A stretch of 64,000 nucleotides of DNA from an uncultured Lachnospiraceae bacterium. GTDB taxonomy: Bacteria > Bacillota > Clostridia > Lachnospirales > Lachnospiraceae. Positions 38,749-48,020 of the stretch are shown here, piece after piece; the stretch's first letter is position 1, and every line of letters begins with the position of its first letter. The position numbers and the translations under genes are program-made. A model generated the notes under the pieces. It worked only from the letters and a program-made list of their open reading frames with translations, searched no databases and was not told where the DNA came from. The stretch covers positions 1,312 through 65,311 of the forward strand of contig CANQDW010000003.1 in assembly GCA_947593975.1 (NCBI GenBank), read 5' to 3'.

Positions 38749-40035
38749 ATGGTAAAGTATACTAAGCAGGATATCATATCCATGGTAGAGGAAGAAGACG
38801 TTGAATTTATAAGGCTTCAGTTTGTAGATATCTACGGAATATTAAAAAATGTCGCGGTAACGGCAAGCCAGTTAAACCGTGTGCTTAATAATGAGCTTAC
38901 GTTCGACTGCGGGGCGATTGAAGGTTTTGAAAGCAAAAATCTGTCCAAACTTATCCTTTCTCCGGACATAGATACCTTTGCCATATTCCCGTGGCGTCCG
39001 CAGAGCGGAAGAGTTGCGCGGTTCATATGCGACATTAAGAATACGGACGGTACTCCATATGAAAACGATTCAAGATATGTGCTGAAGAAAGTGCTTAAGC
39101 AGGCGGCGAAAGAAGGATATTATTTTAATATCGGTCCCGAATGTGAGTTTTTTCTGTTTGACGTAGATGATGAGGGCAATCCGACCACGGACACAAAAGA
39201 AAAAGGCGGATACTTTGATGTCGGACCTCTTGACAAGGGCGAAAATGCAAGACGCGATATGGTGCTGTCGTTATCTGATATGGGATTTGAGATTGAGACT
39301 TCATACCATTCGGACGAAGTGGCGCAGCATCAGATCGATTTTAAATATGATTCGCCGCTGCATACGGCAGATAATATAATGACGTTTAAACTGGCAGTGC
39401 ATACGGTTGCAAGAAGGCACGGGCTCCATGCAACCTTTATGCCGAAGCCGAGAACTGAACTTAACGGTTCGGGTATGCAGACGCATATTACCGTATATAA
39501 AGACGGCAACAACATATTTGCGGGAGCGTCCGACGGGACATGCAGCAGCGAGGGATACGCTTTTATGGCAGGTCTTTTGGCGCATCTTCCGGGAATGACC
39601 CTTATAAATAATACCGTAATAAATTCATATAAAAGATTATATGGTTTATTTGATAAGATGATCGCATATGATTGTTCCGAGGGCGAACGTTACGCGCTCT
39701 TACAGATGACGGATATAGGAAGGATGGGGGCAGGGCTTGTGCTGAGAAGTCCCGACGCAGCATGCAATCCTTATCTTATGCTTGCGGTTGTTTTATCGGC
39801 AGGCTTAGACGGGATAAAGAACGACATGAAAATTGATGTAAACAGCGAGTATGTCAGCAATCTTCCCAGAACACTTGAGGATGCCATAAAGGCGTATCAG
39901 GCGGACGGGTTCATACAGAATGTTTTAGGCAGTTTTATGTCGGATAAACTTGTCAGCCGCAAAAAGAAGGAATGGAAAGAATATTGCAGGCAGGTTTCTT
40001 CATGGGAAATAGACCAGTATTTGGACAAAATTTGA
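38749..40035 (+). CDS. Type I glutamine synthetase homologue with degenerate active site (probable pseudo-enzyme)
   Basis: Intact 428-aa ORF with GS-I scaffold (IRLQFVD, VARFICD, GPECEFFLF, GGYFD, HGLHATFMPKP, NGSG), but the HHE, QHE, GMH and RxExR motifs are altered. Confidence 0.85.
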   Translation: MVKYTKQDIISMVEEEDVEFIRLQFVDIYGILKNVAVTASQLNRVLNNELTFDCGAIEGFESKNLSKLILSPDIDTFAIFPWRPQSGRVARFICDIKNTDGTPYENDSRYVLKKVLKQAAKEGYYFNIGPECEFFLFDVDDEGNPTTDTKEKGGYFDVGPLDKGENARRDMVLSLSDMGFEIETSYHSDEVAQHQIDFKYDSPLHTADNIMTFKLAVHTVARRHGLHATFMPKPRTELNGSGMQTHITVYKDGNNIFAGASDGTCSSEGYAFMAGLLAHLPGMTLINNTVINSYKRLYGLFDKMIAYDCSEGERYALLQMTDIGRMGAGLVLRSPDAACNPYLMLAVVLSAGLDGIKNDMKIDVNSEYVSNLPRTLEDAIKAYQADGFIQNVLGSFMSDKLVSRKKKEWKEYCRQVSSWEIDQYLDKI

Positions 40036-40060
40036 TTTTTTTGCGCAGCAGAAGGAGGGA

Positions 40061-40603
40061 TTGTACTTGTTAAGCATAATAGTTGCATTCCCTAAGCTTG
40101 ATGATGCTAATAAAATCAAAAACATACTTGTAAAAAACGGATATGAAGTTGCGCTAAGCTGCAATAATGCGGCGCAGATAATAAATATGTGCAGTAAGCT
40201 CGACGAAGGGATGATCATATGCGGCTATAAGCTTGCCGACATGATTTATACCGAGCTTTTCGGTTATCTGCCCGCCGGTTTTTCAATGATTCTTTTGGCA
40301 TCGGCAAAGAAACTTGCTGACTGTTACGAGCCCGATATTGTAAAGGTTGCAATGCCTTTAAAAATAAATGAACTTGTAAAATCGATAGACAGCGTGTATC
40401 ATGCTTATAAGAGACAAAAGAAGTTTAACAGGCCTAAGGAAAGAACGGAAGAAGAAAAAAAGATAATAGACGATGCCAAGACTCTTCTTATCTGCAGTCA
40501 TGGGATGACAGAAGAAGAAGCGCACAGATATATTCAGAAGATCAGTATGGACAGCGGCAATTCAATGGTTGAAACGGCAGAGATGATACTGATTTTAAAA
40601 TAG
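40061..40603 (+). CDS. ANTAR-domain RNA-binding regulator with pseudo-receiver domain (NitR/AmiR-like)
   Basis: C-terminal AK..L...GMTEEEAHRYIQKISMD; the receiver reads MIICGYKLADM at the phospho-Asp position. Confidence 0.88.
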   Translation: MYLLSIIVAFPKLDDANKIKNILVKNGYEVALSCNNAAQIINMCSKLDEGMIICGYKLADMIYTELFGYLPAGFSMILLASAKKLADCYEPDIVKVAMPLKINELVKSIDSVYHAYKRQKKFNRPKERTEEEKKIIDDAKTLLICSHGMTEEEAHRYIQKISMDSGNSMVETAEMILILK

Positions 40604-40622
40604 TAGATCAGGAGGGTAATAA

Positions 40623-41723
40623 ATGAAAACATATCTTATCCTTGAAAACGGAGCGGTATTTGAAGGAGAAAGCATAGGAGCCGCGCGGGAAGTAATAAGC
40701 GAAATAGTATTTAATACCTCAATGACGGGATATCTTGAAGTGCTTACCGATCCAAGCTACGCGGGACAGGCGGTAGTCATGACATATCCGCTTATCGGAA
40801 ACTACGGTATCTGCAGAAAAGATATGGAATCACAAAAACCCTGGCCGGATGCGTTTATAGTCAGGGAATTATCACGTTTGGCAAGCAATTTCAGGAATGA
40901 ATGCAGCATACAGGAATTCCTTAAGGAATATGATATACCCGGAATAGCCGGCATCGATACGCGCGCGCTGACTAAGATACTCAGGGAAAACGGAACGATG
41001 AACGGTATGATAACGCAGAATAAAGACAGGGACATTAACGAACTGAAACGCATGATATCTTCATATTCCGTTAAGGGAGTCGTAAAAAGAGTATCGTGTG
41101 ATAAAGTAAGGGAATATGTTCCGGGAGACCTTGATACGGATGCCAAGACCATAGTAAAAAGGCATGTGGCCGTTTTGGATGTCGGAACTAAAAATAATAT
41201 TATAAGAAGTTTAATAAAAAGAGGCTGCAGGGTTACGGTATTTCCGTGCGGCGCCAAAGCCTCTGATATTATAGACAGCAGGCCGGACGGTATTATGATT
41301 ACCAACGGACCGGGAGACCCGAAGGAATGTCAGGATGTCATAGCTGAGATAAAGAAGCTGTATGACACAGACATTCCTATTTTTGCGATATGTCTCGGCC
41401 ATCAGCTTATGGCTCTTGCAGCCGGAGCGGATACGCATAAAATGAAATACGGGCACAGGGGCGCCAATCATCCGGTAAAGGATCTTTTCGGAGGAAAGGT
41501 TTATATCTCGTCACAAAACCACGGATATGTAGTAGATGAAAACAGCCTTGATAAAAATATATGCGTGCCGGCGTTTATCAATGTAAATGATAAGACGATA
41601 GAAGGGCTTAAATATACCGGAAAGAATATATTTACGGTACAGTTCCACCCTGAGGCCTGCGCCGGACCGAAAGACTCGGACGAATTGTTCGACCGTTTTA
41701 TAAACATGATGGAGGTAAGATAG
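40623..41723 (+). CDS. carA: Carbamoyl-phosphate synthase small subunit
   Basis: FNTSMTGY, DPSY, GICLGHQ-type AICLGHQ, SQNHGY, QFHPE. Confidence 0.98.
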   Translation: MKTYLILENGAVFEGESIGAAREVISEIVFNTSMTGYLEVLTDPSYAGQAVVMTYPLIGNYGICRKDMESQKPWPDAFIVRELSRLASNFRNECSIQEFLKEYDIPGIAGIDTRALTKILRENGTMNGMITQNKDRDINELKRMISSYSVKGVVKRVSCDKVREYVPGDLDTDAKTIVKRHVAVLDVGTKNNIIRSLIKRGCRVTVFPCGAKASDIIDSRPDGIMITNGPGDPKECQDVIAEIKKLYDTDIPIFAICLGHQLMALAAGADTHKMKYGHRGANHPVKDLFGGKVYISSQNHGYVVDENSLDKNICVPAFINVNDKTIEGLKYTGKNIFTVQFHPEACAGPKDSDELFDRFINMMEVR

Positions 41724-41724
41724 G

Positions 41725-44700
41725 ATGCCAAAATTAGATTTCATCAAAAAGGTGCTTGTAATTGGTTCAGGACCTATTGTCATAGGACAGGCTGCGGAAT
41801 TTGATTATGCCGGCACACAGGCGTGCCGTTCGCTCAAAGAAGAAGGGGTTACGGTTGTGCTCATCAATTCCAATCCGGCAACGATAATGACTGATAAAGA
41901 TATTGCGGATATGGTATATATTGAGCCTCTTACCCCTGAAATGGTTAAAAAAGTCATTCTTAAAGAAAAACCGGACAGCATCCTTCCCACATTGGGAGGA
42001 CAAGCTGCCCTTAATATTGCAATGGAGCTTGACGAGTCGGGATTCCTTAAGGAAAACGGCGTAACGCTTATAGGAACGACCCACGCGACGATAAAAAAAG
42101 CGGAAGACCGTCTTGAATTCAAAAAGACCATGGAAAAAATAGGAGAACCGTGCGCCGCAAGCGAGGTAGTAAATACCGTAAAAGCAGCGGTAGAGTTCGC
42201 CGATAAGATAGGTTATCCCGTAGTAATAAGACCCGCGTATACGCTTGGAGGAAGCGGCGGCGGAATAGCGGATAACGAGGAAGAACTGCGCGAGATATGT
42301 GAAAACGGACTCAGGCTCAGCAGGGTTTCGCAATGTCTTATCGAAAGGTGCATTGCCGGCTGGAAAGAGATCGAATACGAAGTAATGCGCGACGGAAACG
42401 GAAACAGCATTACCGTATGTAATATGGAAAACCTTGATCCAGTAGGGGTACATACCGGAGACAGTATCGTAGTTGCGCCTTCGCAGACGCTTTCCGATAA
42501 AGAATACCAGATGTTAAGGAGTTCCGCGCTTAATATCATAAATGAGCTTAAGATAACCGGAGGCTGCAACGTGCAGTTTGCGCTTAAGCCGGATTCATTT
42601 GAATACTGCGTGATAGAAGTCAATCCAAGGGTAAGCCGCTCTTCGGCGCTTGCGTCCAAAGCCACGGGTTATCCTATTGCCAAAGTCGCTGCAAAGATAG
42701 CTCTCGGATATACGCTTGACGAGATACCTAACGCAATTACAAAAAGGACTTACGCAAGTTTTGAACCCGCGCTTGACTATGTCGTTGTTAAGATACCGAG
42801 GCTTCCGTTTGATAAATTTATACATGCGAGCAGGTCGCTTACGACGCAGATGAAAGCAACCGGTGAAGTTATGAGCATATGCACGAATTTTGAAGGCGCG
42901 CTGATGAAAGCCCTCCGCTCGCTTGAACAGCATATAGACAGCCTTTATACGGACAGTTATTCCGGACTTTGTGACGATGATATCCTCGAAAAGCTGAAAA
43001 AGATAGACGACAGGAGGATATTTGTCATAGCGGAGGCGATAAGAAGGAATATATCATATGAGACGATACATGACATTACAAAGATAGACGAATGGTTCAT
43101 AGACAAGATCGCTATTCTCGTTGAAATGGAAAAAAGACTCATGAACGAGGAGCTTACCGCAAATCTTCTCCGCGAGGCAAAAAGGATAGAGTTTCCCGAT
43201 AATGTTATCGCAGAACTTACCGGCAGGGATATAGCTGACATTAAGGATATGCGTAAAAAATATAACATTACCGCCGCGTTTAAGATAGTGGATACATGCG
43301 CAGCGGAATTTGAAGCTTCGACTCCTTATTATTACAGCTGTTTCGGAAGCGAAAGCGAGATAACAAAAAGAAGCCCGCATAAAAAAATAATGGTGCTTGG
43401 TTCGGGCCCTATTAGGATAGGCCAGGGAATTGAATTTGATTACTGTTCGGTACACAGCGTATGGTCGCTTGCCGAAAACGGATATGAAACTATTATTGTA
43501 AATAACAACCCTGAAACAGTGAGCACTGATTTTGATGTGGCTGACAGGCTGTATTTTGAACCGCTTACTCCCGAAGACGTCGAAAATATAGTCGATATAG
43601 AAAAGCCTGACGGAGCCGTAGTGCAGTTTGGAGGACAGACTGCGATCAAACTTACCGAGGCGCTTATGAAGATGGGCGTAAAGATACTGGGGACCAGCGC
43701 TGAGAACGTCGATGCCGCCGAAGACAGGGAGCTTTTTGATGAGATACTTGAAAAGTGCAGGATACCAAGACCGGCGGGAAAAACGGTATTTACAACCGAA
43801 GAGGCGCTTAAAGCGGCGGAAGAGCTTGGATATCCAGTGCTTGTAAGGCCTTCTTATGTTCTTGGCGGACAGGGTATGCAGATTGCCATATCAGACGACG
43901 ATATAATAGAATTCATGGAAGTTATCAACCGCTATGAACAGGAACATCCGATACTGGTCGATAAATATCTTATGGGAAAAGAAGTTGAAGTAGACGCCGT
44001 ATGCGACGGTGAAAATATACTCATACCGGGCATAATGGAGCATGTGGAGAGGGCAGGCATACATTCGGGCGACAGCATTTCGGTGTATCCGGCGCAGAGC
44101 CTTTCGGATAAAGTTACCGACACGCTTGTTGAATACACGGAAAAACTTGCAAGGTCGCTTCATGTAATAGGCCTTATAAATATCCAGTTCATAGTATTTA
44201 ACGAAGAGGTCTACGTAATAGAAGTCAATCCGCGTTCCAGCCGTACCGTGCCTTATATAAGCAAGGTTACGGGAATACCTATCGTAAAGCTGGCGTCGCA
44301 GGTTATACTCGGAAAGAATATAAGAGAGCTCGGATACAATCCGGGACTTCAGAAAAAATCAGATTATATAGCAGTAAAGATGCCTGTATTTTCATTTGAA
44401 AAGCTTAGAGGAGCAGAGATAAGCCTCGGGCCCGAGATGAAATCCACTGGCGAATGCCTTGGAATAGCGGGAGATTTTAATGAGGCGCTGTATAAAGCGT
44501 TCCTTGGCGCAGGCATAAATCTTCCGAAATACAGAAGGATGATCCTTACCGTAAGGGATGAAGATAAAGAAGAAAGCATAAACGTGGCAAAAAGGTTCAT
44601 AGATCTCGGATATGAGATATATGCTACGAGAGGAACGGCAAAATACCTTAAGGCGAATGGCGTTTGCGTCGTAGGCGTAAATAAGATCGAACAGGAATCG

Positions 44701-44919
44701 CCTACTTTGCTTGATCTTATACTCGGCCACAGGATAGACCTTGTAATAGACATACCAAGGCAGGGCGAACATTCAAAGGACGGATTCCTTATAAGAAGGC
44801 TGTCCATAGAAACAGGCGTTACCTGCATCACATCGCTTGATACGGCGAACGCGCTTCTTACAAGCCTTGAGAATGCTGACAAATCGCATTTATCGGTACT
44901 TGATATTGCAAAATTATAA
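41725..44919 (+). CDS. carB: Carbamoyl-phosphate synthase large subunit
   Basis: GSGPIVIGQAAEFDY, two ATP-grasp repeats, EVNPRVSRSS, MGS domain. Confidence 0.98.
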   Translation: MPKLDFIKKVLVIGSGPIVIGQAAEFDYAGTQACRSLKEEGVTVVLINSNPATIMTDKDIADMVYIEPLTPEMVKKVILKEKPDSILPTLGGQAALNIAMELDESGFLKENGVTLIGTTHATIKKAEDRLEFKKTMEKIGEPCAASEVVNTVKAAVEFADKIGYPVVIRPAYTLGGSGGGIADNEEELREICENGLRLSRVSQCLIERCIAGWKEIEYEVMRDGNGNSITVCNMENLDPVGVHTGDSIVVAPSQTLSDKEYQMLRSSALNIINELKITGGCNVQFALKPDSFEYCVIEVNPRVSRSSALASKATGYPIAKVAAKIALGYTLDEIPNAITKRTYASFEPALDYVVVKIPRLPFDKFIHASRSLTTQMKATGEVMSICTNFEGALMKALRSLEQHIDSLYTDSYSGLCDDDILEKLKKIDDRRIFVIAEAIRRNISYETIHDITKIDEWFIDKIAILVEMEKRLMNEELTANLLREAKRIEFPDNVIAELTGRDIADIKDMRKKYNITAAFKIVDTCAAEFEASTPYYYSCFGSESEITKRSPHKKIMVLGSGPIRIGQGIEFDYCSVHSVWSLAENGYETIIVNNNPETVSTDFDVADRLYFEPLTPEDVENIVDIEKPDGAVVQFGGQTAIKLTEALMKMGVKILGTSAENVDAAEDRELFDEILEKCRIPRPAGKTVFTTEEALKAAEELGYPVLVRPSYVLGGQGMQIAISDDDIIEFMEVINRYEQEHPILVDKYLMGKEVEVDAVCDGENILIPGIMEHVERAGIHSGDSISVYPAQSLSDKVTDTLVEYTEKLARSLHVIGLINIQFIVFNEEVYVIEVNPRSSRTVPYISKVTGIPIVKLASQVILGKNIRELGYNPGLQKKSDYIAVKMPVFSFEKLRGAEISLGPEMKSTGECLGIAGDFNEALYKAFLGAGINLPKYRRMILTVRDEDKEESINVAKRFIDLGYEIYATRGTAKYLKANGVCVVGVNKIEQESPTLLDLILGHRIDLVIDIPRQGEHSKDGFLIRRLSIETGVTCITSLDTANALLTSLENADKSHLSVLDIAKL

Positions 44920-44975
44920 AAAATCGTTATAATATTTTTATAATATTATAAAAAGTAAAGGGGAGAGAGTTTGTT

Positions 44976-46502
44976 ATGAGACACAATAGATCATTAACAT
45001 TTATTGCAGCCGTATTGTCGGTTTGTCTTTTGGCAGGAACGGTTTTTACGGCTTCGCCCGTATCGTCGGCCGCAAGCAAAAAGGCAGTAACTATCAAACT
45101 TAACAAAAAAACGATAACGATCAAAAAGGGCGAGAGCTTCAAGTTAAAGGCAAAGACTGCGCCGGGAGGCTGCAAGGTAACATGGAAATCGTCAAAGAAG
45201 AAGATCGCTTCGGTTTCAAAGAAAGGCAAAGTCACGGCAAAATCCGCAGGAAAGGCAAAGATAACAGCAGCGGCTTCATATAAGGTGCGAGGCAAAAAAT
45301 ATTCCGCAAAAGCCGTATGCAAAGTTACGGTAAAGCCTGCGGGAAACGATAATACGGGAACGCCGGCGCCGTCAGAAACGGCTGCGGCGACGAACGATCC
45401 GCAGAAAGGAAATGATAATGTGGAAAATACTGTACCTGTAACGGATATAAATGTAAACGGTCCGATAAACCTTAAAGTTGGCGAGACGGGAAAGATACAG
45501 CCGGATATCCTTCCAAAAGAAGCAGGGCTTTCAGACTGCAATATATCTAATACAAAGGATTATGTAGCTTCGGTCGGGGCTGACGGTACCGTTACGGCAA
45601 AGTATCCGGGAATAACCGTAGTTACGCTTGCCGCAAAATCAAACGCCGATATCAAATGCAGCTTCAGGATCCAGGTTACGGATGATTTTGCGCCGCCGGA
45701 AGGTTTTGATAAAGAAAATCCCGATATCGCGCACGGTACGCTTGAAGGCATTAACTATCCTTCCGATTATAGGGATGGAGGAACTGCGCATGCCCTTGCA
45801 TGGTTCCCGCCGGGATATGATACGAATAAAAAGTACAACCTTCTTTTCTGCCTGCATGGCGGAATGGATAACGAATACTACTGGACAGGTGATAAAGGCG
45901 GAACAAACGACGGATGTTCCGGAGATAATGTGCTCGATAATCTGTATGCAGAAGGCCTTATGGAAGATACTATCGTAGTATTTACAAGCGGAGTCATAAA
46001 CTATGACGCCGGAAAAGATTATCCGAACCTTAAAAACGATCCGCCTGTCGGAAGCGACTGGATCAATCACTATCTGTTGGAATATGAGATACTTAACAAC
46101 CTGCTTCCTTATATGAGACAGGAATATCCTGTAATGGACGGCGCTGAGCATACCGCGATATGCGGCTTGTCTATGGGCTGCGGACAGTCCTATGAGATCG
46201 GATTTAAGAATCCGGATGTGTTTGATTATATAGGAAGTTTCTCGGCAGGCCCATTCCAGGGAGCCAACCAGCAGTTTGTGCTGAGCGAAGAAGATGCGGA
46301 AGTAATGAATAATACAGTTAAGCTGTTCTTCTTTATGACAGGTGAAAATGACCATATGAGAGACGACAGTATGCGCAACTTCATAAAAACATGCGACGGA
46401 TACGGACTTAACCATGTATTTTATGAGGTTCCGAAGTACGGACATGAGGACGCGTGCTGGGACAGATGCCTGTATGCATTTATGAAATATGCATTTAAAT
46501 AA
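44976..46502 (+). CDS. Secreted CE1-like esterase (feruloyl/acetyl xylan esterase type): signal peptide, Lys-rich Big_2, linker, Ig-like, alpha/beta hydrolase
   Basis: LHGG, GLSMG (Ser), GEND (Asp), GHE (His). Confidence 0.82.
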   Translation: MRHNRSLTFIAAVLSVCLLAGTVFTASPVSSAASKKAVTIKLNKKTITIKKGESFKLKAKTAPGGCKVTWKSSKKKIASVSKKGKVTAKSAGKAKITAAASYKVRGKKYSAKAVCKVTVKPAGNDNTGTPAPSETAAATNDPQKGNDNVENTVPVTDINVNGPINLKVGETGKIQPDILPKEAGLSDCNISNTKDYVASVGADGTVTAKYPGITVVTLAAKSNADIKCSFRIQVTDDFAPPEGFDKENPDIAHGTLEGINYPSDYRDGGTAHALAWFPPGYDTNKKYNLLFCLHGGMDNEYYWTGDKGGTNDGCSGDNVLDNLYAEGLMEDTIVVFTSGVINYDAGKDYPNLKNDPPVGSDWINHYLLEYEILNNLLPYMRQEYPVMDGAEHTAICGLSMGCGQSYEIGFKNPDVFDYIGSFSAGPFQGANQQFVLSEEDAEVMNNTVKLFFFMTGENDHMRDDSMRNFIKTCDGYGLNHVFYEVPKYGHEDACWDRCLYAFMKYAFK

Positions 46503-46520
46503 AAAAATATTCAAAACCCC

Positions 46521-46549
46521 TTGACAACATATAACCCTTGCTGTAATCT
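46521..46549 (+). promoter_or_regulatory. Sigma-A promoter of degV
   Basis: TTGACA-17 nt-TAATCT. Confidence 0.6.
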
Positions 46550-46586
46550 AGTATCGAAAACTACATTACGGAAGGGAGTAAACTAT

Positions 46587-47489
46587 ATGTATAAAATTAT
46601 TACTGATTCAGCAAGCAACCTTACAGAAGATATTCTGAACAAGTATGATATTGATATGTTGTCATACAGGTGCATGATAGATAATGAGCCGTATGTATGC
46701 TATGAACCGGGCAGGGACGATAAGAAGGACGGAAAAGCGTTTTATGATAAAATAAGACGCGGGGCAAAAGTGCTTACAAGCCTTATAAGCCCGCACGAGA
46801 TCATGACGAAATTCAGCGCGTATATGAAACAGGGATTTGACGTATTGTTTGTAACGATATCATCAAAACTCAGCGGAACGTATCAGTCCGCGCTCATAGC
46901 AGCCGAAGAGATGTCGGAACAGTTCCCGGAAAGAAAGTGTATTGTGGTCGATTCGCTTTCGGCGTCGCTCGGAGAAGGATTCCTTGCGATAAAGGCGTCT
47001 AAGTTAAGGGCGCTTGGCCAGAGCATACATGAAACGGCGGGATGGATCCTTGCAAACAGGCTTAAGATGCGACACATATTTACCGTAGACGATCTTAAGT
47101 ATCTTAAGGAAGGCGGACGTATATCATCGGCAGTTTCCATGATAGGAAACGTGCTTAATATAAAGCCGGTGCTCGCAGCGGGACGCGAAGGGACAATAGA
47201 ACTATTCAGGACTATCCGCGGACGAAAAAAAGCGCTTGACGCAATAGTGGATGATTATCTCAAATTTGCCGCTTCGCCTGAAAATGAAATGGTAGGCATA
47301 GCTCACTGCGACTGTCCGGAAGATGCTGATTATATTGCTTCGCGGATAAAGAGCATACGGCCGCCGAAAGAACTTATCAAATGTTACTATGACAGATGCT
47401 CCGGCGCGCATGTAGGGCCGGGCGCGTTATGCCTGTTCTTTAAAGGCTACGACAGAAGTATGGTAAGCATAAAGGATATGGCTATCTGA
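46587..47489 (+). CDS. DegV-family fatty-acid-binding protein
   Basis: IITDSAS, ISSKLSGTY, VDSLSASLGEG, GGRIS, NIKP, HVGPGAL. Confidence 0.93.
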   Translation: MYKIITDSASNLTEDILNKYDIDMLSYRCMIDNEPYVCYEPGRDDKKDGKAFYDKIRRGAKVLTSLISPHEIMTKFSAYMKQGFDVLFVTISSKLSGTYQSALIAAEEMSEQFPERKCIVVDSLSASLGEGFLAIKASKLRALGQSIHETAGWILANRLKMRHIFTVDDLKYLKEGGRISSAVSMIGNVLNIKPVLAAGREGTIELFRTIRGRKKALDAIVDDYLKFAASPENEMVGIAHCDCPEDADYIASRIKSIRPPKELIKCYYDRCSGAHVGPGALCLFFKGYDRSMVSIKDMAI

Positions 47490-47513
47490 TTACAAAAAGA
47501 TTGGTTAAAGCGT

Positions 47514-47960
47514 ATGTATAAAATAACAGACAGGGCAAATACGGTTTTTAAAAGAATAAAAAAGGATGGACCGGTTATTTTCTGTACCGCGGCCTTTTCC
47601 GTATTGTACTATGTTATCCTTAATACGGCGCTTTGCGGCATATGCCCGATAAAACTTGTCACCGGATATCCGTGTCCGGGATGTGGGATCACAAGAGCCT
47701 GCATAAGCGTATTTCAATTTAAGCTTATGCAGGCATTTATGTTGAATCCGTCGTTCGTTTTATGGGGCATATTTTTTATATTTTTTGTCATAAGAAGATA
47801 TATCATGGGAAAAACGAACGATAAAGCGGTAATATATTTTCTTGCCGCAGTTTTAGTCTTATCTGTAGTTATATATATCATAAGGATGATTTTTTTATAT
47901 CCTATGGAACCTGTACTTACATATTACGGGGACAATCTTTTTTCACACTTTTTTTCTTGA
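47514..47960 (+). CDS. DUF2752 membrane protein
   Basis: CPIKLVTGYPCPGCGITRA...AFMLNP. Confidence 0.88.
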   Translation: MYKITDRANTVFKRIKKDGPVIFCTAAFSVLYYVILNTALCGICPIKLVTGYPCPGCGITRACISVFQFKLMQAFMLNPSFVLWGIFFIFFVIRRYIMGKTNDKAVIYFLAAVLVLSVVIYIIRMIFLYPMEPVLTYYGDNLFSHFFS

Positions 47961-48020
47961 TACTGCGCGGATGTTATGCTAACATTATTTAAATATAATA
48001 AGACTGAAAGGAATTATGTC

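Noticed and set aside
38749-40035. Calling the GS homologue a pseudogene
   Set aside because: The frame is intact and full length with a strong SD, and losses concentrate on catalytic motifs, which fits a pseudo-enzyme better than decay.
44927-44951. TTATAATAT-N7-ATATTATAA inverted repeat upstream of the esterase gene
   Set aside because: Pure A/T sequence in an AT-rich promoter region, so a chance match is likely; not enough support for an operator.
45639-46514. 291-aa minus-strand ORF
   Set aside because: Fully antisense to the esterase domain; no supporting signals.
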